From Minisyncoccota bacterium (GTDB lineage Bacteria > Patescibacteriota > Minisyncoccia > Minisyncoccales > Minisyncoccaceae), in assembly GCA_041649895.1 (NCBI GenBank), contig JBAZMG010000006.1:1-23655 (forward strand): a stretch of DNA of 23,655 nucleotides, written 5' to 3'. The translations under genes and the position numbers were made by a program. Positions 1 to 8,955 of the stretch are shown piece by piece. Each line of letters starts with the position of its first letter. Position 1 is the stretch's first letter. A model generated the notes under the pieces. It had not been told where the DNA came from. It ran no database searches and was given only the letters and a program-made list of their open reading frames with translations.

Positions 1-21
1 TTAAAAATTGAATAAAAAGTA

Positions 22-52
22 TTGACGAAATAGTTAATTCTTTTCGTAATAT
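22..52 (+). promoter_or_regulatory. possible promoter for tRNA-Pro (TTGACG at 22-27, TAATAT at 47-52)
   Basis: -35-like and -10-like hexamers ahead of tRNA at 79; spacer of 19 nt is longer than ideal. Confidence 0.3.
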
Positions 53-78
53 ACTATTCCCTATTAATTTCGCAACAT

Positions 79-152
79 CGGGATGTCATATAACGGCATT
101 ATGCAGGCTTCGGGAGTCTGTCATCTGGGTTCAATTCCCAGCATCCCGACCA
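79..152 (+). tRNA. tRNA-Pro (anticodon CGG), CCA encoded
   Basis: Cloverleaf read by eye: acceptor CGGGATG/CATCCCG, anticodon stem CAGGC/GTCTG with loop TTCGGGA, T arm CTGGG-TTCAATT-CCCAG, then A-CCA. Confidence 0.88.
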
Positions 153-171
153 TTTTCCAATCTCTGACCAT

Positions 172-265
172 CTGGGAATTGAAGGCGGAGGCGCGACGGC
201 GCCGAGCCGGGCCCGAGGAACACACCAGCAGGTGGGTATCCGAGGGCAATTCCCAGCATCCCGAC
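172..265 (+). repeat. GC-rich structured element E1 ending in a copy of the tRNA-Pro 3' end (247-265)
   Basis: CTGGGAATTG (172-181), core AAGGCGGAG...GAGCCGGGCCCGAGG, hairpin ACACACC-AGCA-GGTGGGT, then CAATTCCCAGCATCCCGAC identical to 132-150. Confidence 0.85.
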
Positions 266-287
266 TATTTTCCAGTCTCTGACTTTT

Positions 288-380
288 TGGGAATTGAAGG
301 CGGAGTCGCGACGGCGACGAGCCGGGCCCGAGGAACACGCCAACAGGTGTGTATCCGAGGGCAATTCCCAGCATCCCGAC
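288..380 (+). repeat. GC-rich structured element E2 ending in a second copy of the tRNA-Pro 3' end (362-380)
   Basis: Tandem copy of E1; the tRNA tails start at 132, 247 and 362, giving an exact 115-bp period. Confidence 0.85.
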
Positions 381-413
381 TATTTTACCCCTCAGTCCCC
401 CATTTTAACCATC

Positions 414-484
414 GGATCCGTATTTCAGTGGTAGAATACTACCTTCACACGGTAGAGATATGAGTTCGATTCTCATCGGATCCA
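414..484 (+). tRNA. tRNA-Val (anticodon CAC)
   Basis: Acceptor GGATCCG/CGGATCC, anticodon stem CTACC/GGTAG with loop TTCACAC, T arm ATGAG-TTCGATT-CTCAT; no encoded CCA. Confidence 0.88.
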
Positions 485-501
485 CCCCGTACTAGAGTTT
501 T

Positions 502-526
502 AAAAGCCGCGCTTTTGCGCGGTTTT
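502..526 (+). terminator. intrinsic terminator-like hairpin after tRNA-Val
   Basis: CCGCGC-tttt-GCGCGG followed by TTTT, with an A-tract upstream. Confidence 0.7.
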
Positions 527-622
527 ATAAAACACAGTACGGGGTAGCCCTGTAGTGTGTTTTGGCAAAGCCAAAACTCTACTACGGAGCACCACTTAGT
601 AGTCATCCCCCGTCTTTTAACC

Positions 623-650
623 AAAAACCACCCCAAAAGGGCGGTTTTTT
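623..650 (+). terminator. terminator-like hairpin
   Basis: AAAACCACCCC-AAAA-GGGCGGTTTTTT (one A:C mismatch) with T-tract. Confidence 0.6.
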
Positions 651-863
651 GACGTAAAATCACCCATAGTTCCACGTGGAACGCCCGAAATTGGCTAAAA
701 TTACCCCTCTTCTACGTATTTATGCGACGAATGACTTGTCATTTTGAGGGAAGGCTTAATGGTTTTACATTTGCATTTCCTAAAATAACGTGGTCGTTAA
801 ATAACAGCACTCCCCTAGCCAATGATCAAATTGGGCTAATTACGACCAAAAATCAGTCAAAAA

Positions 864-1538
864 GTTTCCCGTGAAACACTATTTTTCCCGTTTTTCTAGA
901 AAATACGTCCTTTACCGTAAAAACATAGGTCATCTATGTTTTTTAGCCAAACCATATGTCAAAACATTAGAGCTTTCCCTATTTTTACCATATTACCTTA
1001 TATTACGATTTTTACCTATTTCGCCTGAATGTTTCCCGTGAAACACTATTTTGAGTGTTTTTCACCAAAAATAAGGTCACCTCATAAATTTAAGGTAAAC
1101 ATAATTAAAAAACATATACTTACCCTAATTTTTAATGGTCATTAATGATCACCAAAAACTAGTCAAATGCCTTAAAACTATGTTTCACGGGAAACATTTT
1201 GCCAAATTATGCAAAATTAAGGTCATTTAACATTTTTGACTAAATGTTATTGCAAAAACTTATCACTTCCCCAATTTTACCTAATGACCTTATGTCCGCA
1301 TAAAGTGCTATTTTCTCTAAAAATGGCCGAAATGAGGTCATCTATGTTTTTTAGGGTAAAGATAAGTTGTTTTAATATGTTTTTACCAAATTATAGAGGT
1401 TGTCTATGTCCACATAATACCCCTTAAGTTCAGTCTACCAACCGGCGAATGTCCACATAAATGTCCACATAATTTATGCGGACATACAACAAATATGCTT
1501 AGGAATGATAATTTTTTGCTAGTGTTTCCCGTGAAACA
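864..1538. promoter_or_regulatory. cluster of four parS-like 16-mers (864-877 core, 1029-1044, 1181-1196, 1523-1538)
   Basis: TGTTTCCCGTGAAACA at 1029 and 1523, its reverse complement TGTTTCACGGGAAACA at 1181, core GTTTCCCGTGAAAC at 864; each one mismatch from the recalled parS consensus core TGTTTCACGTGAAACA. Confidence 0.6.
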
Positions 1539-1946
1539 CCCAAAAAATACACTTTAAAATTTTGGGGTGGACTATATGACTATCCCAATAAAATATCATT
1601 TAGAGGCTTATTTTTTATTTCCATACCCAATATTTTTGCTCACAGTGATGTTTTTTCTTTTTTAGCGGATTTGATATTTTATCAAAAATAAAGTATCAAA
1701 TTATACCTCAATATCTTAACAATAATCCTATTAACTCGCTTAATTTTACCAATATGTCCGCAAAAATAGCTTATTACTTGATTTATGTCCGCATAAATGG
1801 CTATGTGGACATAAAAAAGCTATGTGGACAAATATGTGGACAAGTATCCCGAAATGTGGACAAATCCGGACATAGCTATGTCCACATAATGTCCGGATAT
1901 GTCCGCATAAATGTCCACATAATTTATGTGGACACGAATCCGGACA
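1293..1946. repeat. iteron-like cluster of TGTCC(A/G)CA motifs on both strands
   Basis: 15 copies of TGTCCRCA or its complement (1293, 1407, 1450, 1462, 1477, 1755, 1786, 1804, 1823, 1835, 1855, 1879, 1900, 1912, 1927) plus TGTCCGGA-type variants at 1865, 1890 and 1939. Confidence 0.85.
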
Positions 1947-2047
1947 TTCCAATGCCAACTAAAACATAAAAATGTATTATTTTTTAAATACTTAATGGAT
2001 GCGGATCGCTTTACGCTATTCATTAAAAATAATATAATTAAACCGAT

Positions 2048-2464
2048 ATGACCGCCGCTAATTCAAATCACAAGCTTCAGCTTGGGCAAATAGGGGAGAG
2101 TATAGCTCAAAAATACCTAATATCCAAGAAATACAAAATTTTGGATAAAAACTATTTTTTAAAGACCAAAACAAACCGCAAACTGGGAGAAATAGATCTT
2201 ATTGCCAAAAAGGGGAGTGTGTATGTTTTTATTGAAGTAAAAACAATAGCCGGCCGGGAGGGTAGGCGATTTCCACCCGCGGCAAAAATCAATCGTGTAA
2301 AAATAAAAAAGCTGATAAGGGTGGGGGAGAGCTGGCTTAAAAACCATAAACTTTCTTTGACTGTCCGGTGGCAAATTGATATAATTACTATTGAAATTGA
2401 CATTATTCGCAAAAAAGCCCTGGTCCGGCATTATGAAAACGCGATAGAAGATATTAAAAAATAA
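2048..2464 (+). CDS. yraN: YraN family (UPF0102) endonuclease-like protein
   Basis: 138-aa ORF with G.IGESIAQKYL...LDKNY...KLGEIDLIAKKGSVYVFIEVKT motif set typical of YraN. Confidence 0.85.
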   Translation: MTAANSNHKLQLGQIGESIAQKYLISKKYKILDKNYFLKTKTNRKLGEIDLIAKKGSVYVFIEVKTIAGREGRRFPPAAKINRVKIKKLIRVGESWLKNHKLSLTVRWQIDIITIEIDIIRKKALVRHYENAIEDIKK

Positions 2465-2469
2465 ACTCT

Positions 2470-3102
2470 ATGCTTTCAAACCAAACTTTGCTGATCGTTT
2501 TAATTTTTTTCGGTTATCTTTTGGGTTCGATTCCGTTCGGATATCTTGTTGGAAAAATCAAAAATGTTGACATTAGGAAAAAAGGGAGTGGCGCCACAGG
2601 CGCGACCAACGTCTCCCGAACAGTGGGCTTTAAATATGCGATCTTGGTTGCGGCATTGGATATCGCTAAAGCGGTTCTACCTATATATATCGGGAGCCGT
2701 TTTTTTAATCCAAGCTGGAACGCAGATCCCGGGTGGCAAATGGCCCTAATCTCTATTGCTCCGGTATTAGGTCACATATTTCCAGTCTGGCTAAAATTCA
2801 AGGGAGGTAAGGGCGTGTCTGTTATCTTCGCTTGCATTATTATGGTAATGGGCTGGCAATACTCCTTAGTTCTTTTTGTCTTATGGCTGGCGCTCTTATT
2901 GCTTATAAAAACAATGAGTCTGACAAATATCTTAATTTTCCCGATTTTACCGTTCTTGTTTTGGTTCAGGACTCACTCTTGGGTGTATGTCTGGCTTGGT
3001 GTTTTTTATGTCCTTTTAATTTGGTGGGCGCATCGCGAGAATATAAAACGCATACGACAGGGGACTGAGCCGAAAACAATTCATAACAAAAATAAAGAAT
3101 AA
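2470..3102 (+). CDS. plsY: glycerol-3-phosphate acyltransferase PlsY
   Basis: 210-aa membrane protein with GSIPFGYLVGK, GSGATGATN and GHIFPVWLKFKGGKG motifs. Confidence 0.9.
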   Translation: MLSNQTLLIVLIFFGYLLGSIPFGYLVGKIKNVDIRKKGSGATGATNVSRTVGFKYAILVAALDIAKAVLPIYIGSRFFNPSWNADPGWQMALISIAPVLGHIFPVWLKFKGGKGVSVIFACIIMVMGWQYSLVLFVLWLALLLLIKTMSLTNILIFPILPFLFWFRTHSWVYVWLGVFYVLLIWWAHRENIKRIRQGTEPKTIHNKNKE

Positions 3103-3130
3103 TAAAGCACGAATTAACTAATATTTAGGG

Positions 3131-3290
3131 CTTAATCCTTTTACAAATGATTAAGGGCGGAGCCGACGGCTTGATTGTACTCAATCACGGGCGCAGGGTT
3201 GACGAACCCGAGCCGGGCCTGAGGAAATTTTCAACAGAAAATTATCTGAAGGACGAGCCGGGACTTGAGCAAAACTTCAACAGGAGCTTA
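3131..3290 (+). repeat. GC-rich structured element E3 upstream of the pilin array
   Basis: CTTAATC...GATTAAG arm, GGGCGGAGCCGACGG, GAGCCGGGCCTGAGG, hairpin AATTTTC-AACA-GAAAATT, TATCTGAAGG. Confidence 0.7.
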
Positions 3291-3320
3291 TATGAAGGAA
3301 TCCTCAAACATTGAAAAACA

Positions 3321-4205
3321 ATGAAAAAAACTATAAAAAAACAATTTGCGTTTACATTAATAGAACTGCTTATCGTTATCGCAATAATCGGAATACTCTC
3401 TGCGTTGATTATCGTGGGAATGAATAATGCAACCCAAAAAGCGACAATCGCCAAAGCGCAAGTATTTTCCAATTCACTCCGTAATTCTTTGATGTCTGGC
3501 TTGTTTGCCGAGTATAAGCTCGATGGCAACGCCAGCGACACGTGGGGGACACACACAGCCGGAACAATCAGCGGCGCATCATCTTATGCGTCCTGTATAC
3601 AAAATACTTGCTATAGTTTCGATAGCGATGATGATTATATTGAACTCGCGGATGTCGCGGATTTAAGAATGATAACCGGAGGGACTATTTCCGTTTGGAT
3701 TTATCCAAAAAGCTACGGAGAGGGCACTCTTGGAAGAATAATTGATAAGTCGTCTTCGGGCGATTCCGGTTTAGGTGGTTATACTTTTAGGAATAGTTCT
3801 CTTAATAGATTATTGTTCGTAATAAATGACGGCACCAACACACTTACTCAACAAAACGTAATAACTTATAATCAATGGCAACTTGTGACAACTACTTTTA
3901 ATGATTCCGGTAGAAAGATATACGTTAACGGAATTGATAAAACGGCATCCGGAGGTAATGAAACAGATCTACCTCCCGACAGTACGGGAATAGTGGTTAG
4001 AATTGGAAACTCCGCATATGGAACAACCAGAACTTTTGACGGATATATTGATGATGTTCAAATATATAATCAAGTAATTCCGACTTCCCAAATCCAACAA
4101 AATTACTACGCGGGACTCAACAAACTTTTTGCCAACAGGGGAGTGGAAATATCTGAATACCAACAATGCTTAACTGAATTATCAAACAATTACGCTCAAC
4201 AGTAA
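3321..4205 (+). CDS. prepilin-type N-terminal domain + LamG-like domain protein (copy 1)
   Basis: N-term FAFTLIELLIVIAIIGILSALIIVGM; LamG-like body; C-terminal QIQQNYYAGLNKLFANRGVE signature. Confidence 0.85.
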   Translation: MKKTIKKQFAFTLIELLIVIAIIGILSALIIVGMNNATQKATIAKAQVFSNSLRNSLMSGLFAEYKLDGNASDTWGTHTAGTISGASSYASCIQNTCYSFDSDDDYIELADVADLRMITGGTISVWIYPKSYGEGTLGRIIDKSSSGDSGLGGYTFRNSSLNRLLFVINDGTNTLTQQNVITYNQWQLVTTTFNDSGRKIYVNGIDKTASGGNETDLPPDSTGIVVRIGNSAYGTTRTFDGYIDDVQIYNQVIPTSQIQQNYYAGLNKLFANRGVEISEYQQCLTELSNNYAQQ

Positions 4206-4232
4206 TGTTTGGGTATTCGATACCCAAACATT
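4204..4232. promoter_or_regulatory. intergenic perfect palindrome (13-bp stem)
   Basis: AATGTTTGGGTAT-TCG-ATACCCAAACATT between pilin copies 1 and 2; no T-tract. Confidence 0.85.
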
Positions 4233-4237
4233 GAAAA

Positions 4238-5176
4238 ATGATGAATAGAAATATAAAAACAAATTTGGCATTTACATTGATAGAACTACTTGTGGTTATC
4301 GCAATCATCGGGATTTTATCTGCATTAATTATCATTGGGATGAGCTCGACAACACAGAAAGCTAGTGTTGCCAAGGCGCAGGTGTTTGCCAATTCTTTGC
4401 GCAATTCATTGATGGCGGATATGGTTTCTGAGTGGAAGCTTGATGGAAACACCAATGATACTTGGGCGGCCTCATTTGCAAACAACGGAACCTGGTGGGG
4501 AACGACCGCGCCGAATACCGTCGCAACCTATGGAACTGCGTCCGAATGCGTTTCCGGACAATGTATGGATTTTGATGGCGTGGATGATATGGTGGACTTT
4601 GGGAGCAACGCTTCTTTATCTATGGGAACAAAAGATCACACAGTCTCTTTATGGGTTAAGTTTGATAATGCGACCGCAACAGACATAGACACATTGGTTA
4701 TCTGTGGAGCAATGACGGGAACAGGGAAAGATGGGTATTGGATTACAAGACTTACCGATAGATTATACTTTTATTTTACTGATGGAGAAGGAGCAAATAC
4801 AAGAATTGCCGGCTATTTATCCGCAGCCGGAACATTAATTGCTAATAATTGGTATCAAATAACCGTAACTATGGATAGGGACGGAAATGTAACGGGATAT
4901 ATAAACGGAACATCGCAAATAAGTTGGGCTATTTCTCCTCAGCCTGGAGACGTACAAAATTCCATAAGCTTTCGAATGGGAGCTTTTACTACATCCCTGT
5001 ATCGTCTCGCCGGTAAAATGGATGAAGTGAGAATTTTTCACGCTATTACGACAATATCTCAAATAGAGCAAAACTACTTCGCGGGACTGAACAAACTTTT
5101 TGCCAACAGGGGAGTGGAAACATCAGAATACCAACAACGCTTAACTGAATTATCAAACAATTACGCACGGGATTAA
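4238..5176 (+). CDS. prepilin-type N-terminal domain + LamG-like domain protein (copy 2)
   Basis: MNRNIKTNLAFTLIELLVVIAIIGILSALIIIGM; CVSGQCMDFDGVDDMVDFGSNASLSM LamG-like body. Confidence 0.88.
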   Translation: MMNRNIKTNLAFTLIELLVVIAIIGILSALIIIGMSSTTQKASVAKAQVFANSLRNSLMADMVSEWKLDGNTNDTWAASFANNGTWWGTTAPNTVATYGTASECVSGQCMDFDGVDDMVDFGSNASLSMGTKDHTVSLWVKFDNATATDIDTLVICGAMTGTGKDGYWITRLTDRLYFYFTDGEGANTRIAGYLSAAGTLIANNWYQITVTMDRDGNVTGYINGTSQISWAISPQPGDVQNSISFRMGAFTTSLYRLAGKMDEVRIFHAITTISQIEQNYFAGLNKLFANRGVETSEYQQRLTELSNNYARD

Positions 5177-5206
5177 AATGTTTGGGGGTTAAACCCCCAA
5201 ACATTT
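5176..5206. promoter_or_regulatory. intergenic perfect palindrome (15-bp arms)
   Basis: AAATGTTTGGGGGTT-A-AACCCCCAAACATTT. Confidence 0.85.
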
Positions 5207-5213
5207 AAAAACG

Positions 5214-6104
5214 ATGAATAGAAATATAAAAACAAAATTGGCATTTACATTGATTGAGCTACTTGTGGTAATTGCAATCATCGGGATTTTATCCGCTTTG
5301 ATCATTATTGGGATGAGCTCGACAACGCAGAAAGCAAACATTGCAAAATCACAAATATTTGCCAATTCTTTGCGCAATTCATTGATGGGGGACATGGTTT
5401 CGGAGTGGAAGCTTGACGAAGGAGCTGGCGATACAATATCTGATACGTGGGGCAGCAATAATGGAACAAAAGCTGGGGCAACATGGGAAGCAATAACAAC
5501 CAACTGCGTCTACGGCAAGTGCTTATCTTTTGATGGTGATGCTGATAATATAAATTTCGGAAATAAAACTGATTTTAATTTGGCTAGCACAAGCCACACT
5601 ATTTCGGTTTGGTTTAAAACAAGTACGACAACTACTGACCATATAATTAGTCGCTTTAACGGCGGAAGTCCCGGCGCTGGATATGTTATTTTTGTGTCCT
5701 CTGGAAAGGTTTGTTTTTCGGAAAGAGCAGACGGGGGAGACTTTCTTGCCCGCGATTCAGCGCTAACCTACAATGATAATTCTTGGCATTTTGTAACTTA
5801 CACGGTTGATATTTCTTTAAAAACAGGGAGGTTTTGCATTGATGGAACTTTTTTGCCCCTGGATACTTATACTGGAAACTTAATAAATTATAATAATAAT
5901 TTATATATCGGTGGACCACAGGTAGGATACTATTTTACTGGCCTAATAGACGATATACGCATATATGATGCCGCAATGCCAGCTTTCCAAATCAACGAAC
6001 AATATTACACCGGATTGAATAAACTTTTGGCAAACAGGGGAGTGGAAACATCTGAATACGAGCAAAGAATCGTAGAATTAAATTATAATTATGCAGAAAA
6101 TTAA
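5214..6104 (+). CDS. prepilin-type N-terminal domain + LamG-like domain protein (copy 3, most divergent body)
   Basis: Same N-terminus and C-terminal signature; body NCVYGKCLSFDGDADNINFGNKTDFN. Confidence 0.86.
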   Translation: MNRNIKTKLAFTLIELLVVIAIIGILSALIIIGMSSTTQKANIAKSQIFANSLRNSLMGDMVSEWKLDEGAGDTISDTWGSNNGTKAGATWEAITTNCVYGKCLSFDGDADNINFGNKTDFNLASTSHTISVWFKTSTTTTDHIISRFNGGSPGAGYVIFVSSGKVCFSERADGGDFLARDSALTYNDNSWHFVTYTVDISLKTGRFCIDGTFLPLDTYTGNLINYNNNLYIGGPQVGYYFTGLIDDIRIYDAAMPAFQINEQYYTGLNKLLANRGVETSEYEQRIVELNYNYAEN

Positions 6105-7047
6105 AATTAACGCATTTACATTGATAGAACTACTTGTGGTTATTGCAATCATCGGAATTTTATCTGCTTTAATTGTTATCGGGATGAGCTCGACAACGCA
6201 AAAAGCCAGTGTTGCAAAAGCGCAAGTATTTGCGAATTCTCTGCGCAATTCGTTGCTGGCGGATATGGTTTCGGAGTGGAAATTGGATGACGGGACTGGA
6301 AACAGCACCACAAAAGATTCCTGGGCTTCGGCTTTTGCCAATACGGGGACCTTGGGAACAGCGGCAGTAGGGGATGCAAGCGAGCCCACATGGCTAAGTA
6401 CCGGTTGTGTTTCCGGAAACTGTCTTTCGTTTGACGGCGCTGATGATTATGTTGATTTCGGAAATAATGCGTCCCTATCAATGGGAACTAAAGATCATAC
6501 TGTATCACTCTGGGTTAAGTTTGATAATGCAACAGCGCCCGCTCCTAATAATGCGGAAACGCTGGCTCGTTGTGGGGTCCAAGCTGCCGGAGTTGGGCGG
6601 GATGGATATTGGATTTATAGGACTGGGAGTAGTCTATTTTTTTATTTTTCTGATGGTTCGGCGGATAGCATAGGCGGCTCATTATCAGGGTCCGGGACAC
6701 TAATAGCTAACACTTGGTATAACATAGTTGTTGCACTCGATAGAGATATTTCTGCCTATATGTATATAAATGGAGTTAAACAAACAGGCTACTCATTAAA
6801 TATCGTACCACAAAATGGAGACGTACAAAATACATCCTTGTTAATGATTGGGGCAACTTCAGCTGGCTATGGTCGGCTTGACGGTCAAATGGATGAGGTA
6901 AGAATCTTTCACGCTATTACGACAATATCTCAAATAGAGCAGAACTACTTTGCCGGACTGAACAAACTTTTGGCAAACAGGGGAGTGGAAACGTCTGAAT
7001 ATGAGCAAAGAGTCGCGAATTTAACTTCAAACTATGCAAAGAATTAA
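6091..7047 (+). CDS. prepilin-type N-terminal domain + LamG-like domain protein (copy 4)
   Basis: MQKIKINAFTLIELLVVIAIIGILSALIVIGM; 14-nt overlap with copy 3 (6091-6104). Confidence 0.88.
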   Translation: MQKIKINAFTLIELLVVIAIIGILSALIVIGMSSTTQKASVAKAQVFANSLRNSLLADMVSEWKLDDGTGNSTTKDSWASAFANTGTLGTAAVGDASEPTWLSTGCVSGNCLSFDGADDYVDFGNNASLSMGTKDHTVSLWVKFDNATAPAPNNAETLARCGVQAAGVGRDGYWIYRTGSSLFFYFSDGSADSIGGSLSGSGTLIANTWYNIVVALDRDISAYMYINGVKQTGYSLNIVPQNGDVQNTSLLMIGATSAGYGRLDGQMDEVRIFHAITTISQIEQNYFAGLNKLLANRGVETSEYEQRVANLTSNYAKN

Positions 7048-7978
7048 AATTAACGCATTTACTTTGATAGAACTGTTGGTTGTAATAGCGATCATCGGTA
7101 TTTTATCTGCGTTGATTGTTGTGGGTATGAGCTCGGCGACGCAGAAAGCCAGTGTTGCAAAAGCGCAAGTATTTGCTAATTCTTTGCGGAATTCCTTAAT
7201 GGCGGATATGGTTTCCGAATGGAAATTAGATGACGGAACCGGAAACAGCACAACGAAAGATTCCTGGGCTTCGACTTTTACTAATACCGGGACACTGGGG
7301 ACTGCGACGGTAGGGGATGCAAGCGAGCCCACATGGCTAAGTACTGGTTGCGTTTCTGGAAACTGTCTATCTTTCGATGGAGCTGACGACTATGTTAATT
7401 TTGGCAATAACGCTTCATTGAGTATGGGAACAAAAGATCACACAATATCTTTATGGGTTGAATTTATTAATCCAACGGCACTGCAAGATGAAACAATGAT
7501 TCGCACGGGAGCTGGCGGTAGTGGAGCTGGCTATTGGATTTATAGATTTACCGGAACAAATAAATTAAGGTTTCTTTTTCATGACGGAGTTGGTTCGCAG
7601 GCATCCGGATATTTGTCGGCGGATGGCACATTAGTTGCTGGTATTTGGTATAATATAGCTATAATAATGGATAGGGATTCCAATGCCCAAGCTTATATAA
7701 ACGGGCAAATACAAACCAGTTACCCAATAGTTATATCTGGAAACCAAGGAACTATACAAAATGTTACAAATCTAATGGTTGGAGCGCAAGACGCGTCAAC
7801 ACGACGGCTTACCGGCAAAATGGATGAAGTAAAAATATTTCACGCAATACCGTCAATCTCCCAAATTCAACAAAACTATTACGCCGGACTGAACAAACTT
7901 TTGGCAAAAAGAGGGGTGGAAACATCAGAATATGAGCAAAGAGTCGCGGATTTAATTTCAAACTACGCAAAAGAATAA
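7034..7978 (+). CDS. prepilin-type N-terminal domain + LamG-like domain protein (copy 5)
   Basis: MQRIKINAFTLIELLVVIAIIGILSALIVVGM; 14-nt overlap with copy 4 (7034-7047). Confidence 0.88.
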   Translation: MQRIKINAFTLIELLVVIAIIGILSALIVVGMSSATQKASVAKAQVFANSLRNSLMADMVSEWKLDDGTGNSTTKDSWASTFTNTGTLGTATVGDASEPTWLSTGCVSGNCLSFDGADDYVNFGNNASLSMGTKDHTISLWVEFINPTALQDETMIRTGAGGSGAGYWIYRFTGTNKLRFLFHDGVGSQASGYLSADGTLVAGIWYNIAIIMDRDSNAQAYINGQIQTSYPIVISGNQGTIQNVTNLMVGAQDASTRRLTGKMDEVKIFHAIPSISQIQQNYYAGLNKLLAKRGVETSEYEQRVADLISNYAKE

Positions 7979-8005
7979 TGTTCGGGTATTCGATACCCAG
8001 ACATT
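7977..8005. promoter_or_regulatory. intergenic imperfect palindrome
   Basis: AATGTTCGGGTAT-TCG-ATACCCAGACATT, variant of the 4204 palindrome. Confidence 0.75.
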
Positions 8006-8010
8006 GAAAA

Positions 8011-8955
8011 ATGATGAATAGAAATATAAAAACAAATTTGGCATTTACGTTGATTGAGCTATTGGTCGTAATAGCGATTATTGGTATTCTTTCGGCTTTG
8101 ATCGTTATTGGGATGAGCTCGACAACTCAAAAAGCTAGTGTTGCCAAGGGCCAAGTATTTGCTAATTCTTTACGCAATTCGTTAATGTCAGATATGGTCT
8201 CGGAGTGGAAATTGGATGGAAACACTAACGACACTTGGGCGGCCTCGTACGCGAACAACGGAACTTGGTCAGGTCCAACCGCGCCAAACACAGTCGCTAC
8301 TTATGGACCGGCAGCTGAATGCGTTTCCGGACAATGTATGGATTTTGATGGAGTGGACGATTTAGTTGATTTTGGAAATAACGCTTCGCTATCAATGGGA
8401 ACAAAAGATCACACAGTCTCTTTATGGATTAAGTTTGACAATGCAACAGCCCCACAACACGAAGTTTTGATTATTAGTGGCGGCAACATTGTTGCTCCTG
8501 GATATGCTGGTTATGATATTTTAAGATACACCGGAATGAGTCGACTATATGTTGAATTTTCCGATGGCTCGGCAAATAATGTCGGTGCCTATTTATCCGC
8601 ATCGGGAACATTAGTATCTAATATTTGGTATAATATAGTAGTAATTTTTGACAGAGACGGAGTTGCCAAGGCATATATTAACGGATTGTCACAGGCGGGA
8701 ACATTAAATATATCGGTTCAACCGGGCAATGTACAAAATATTTACAACTTAAGGTTGGGGGCGTGGACACCGTCCCAATTTCGTCTTGCTGGTAAAATGG
8801 ATGAAGTGAGAATATTTCACGCGATAACAACACTTTCCCAAATTCAGCAAAACTACTACGCGGGACTGAACAAGCTTTTTGCAAACAGGGGAGTGGAAAC
8901 ATCCGAATATCAACAAAGGATCGTAGAATTAAATTCGAATTATGCAAAGAATTAA
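8011..8955 (+). CDS. prepilin-type N-terminal domain + LamG-like domain protein (copy 6)
   Basis: MNRNIKTNLAFTLIELL...; body of the DGNTNDTWAAS...NNGTW subtype. Confidence 0.88.
   Translation: MMNRNIKTNLAFTLIELLVVIAIIGILSALIVIGMSSTTQKASVAKGQVFANSLRNSLMSDMVSEWKLDGNTNDTWAASYANNGTWSGPTAPNTVATYGPAAECVSGQCMDFDGVDDLVDFGNNASLSMGTKDHTVSLWIKFDNATAPQHEVLIISGGNIVAPGYAGYDILRYTGMSRLYVEFSDGSANNVGAYLSASGTLVSNIWYNIVVIFDRDGVAKAYINGLSQAGTLNISVQPGNVQNIYNLRLGAWTPSQFRLAGKMDEVRIFHAITTLSQIQQNYYAGLNKLFANRGVETSEYQQRIVELNSNYAKN

Noticed and set aside
83-463. ORFs over the tRNA-Pro/repeat region (83..463 + and overlapping minus-strand ORFs)
   Set aside because: They read through tRNA and tandem non-coding repeats; the repeated peptide is a by-product of the 115-bp DNA repeat.
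1293-1946. CRISPR array
   Set aside because: Repeats are 8-14 nt, irregularly spaced and on both strands; no 25-40 nt repeat/spacer periodicity and no cas genes.
1746-2023. ORFs rich in CGH/CPH or VRI peptides in the 1.7-2.0 kb region
   Set aside because: Low-complexity peptides produced by TGTCCRCA iterons, read on both strands; no coding signature.
4204-4232. Intrinsic terminator between pilin genes
   Set aside because: Strong hairpin but followed by GAAAAATG rather than a T-tract, with the next gene starting 5-6 nt downstream.
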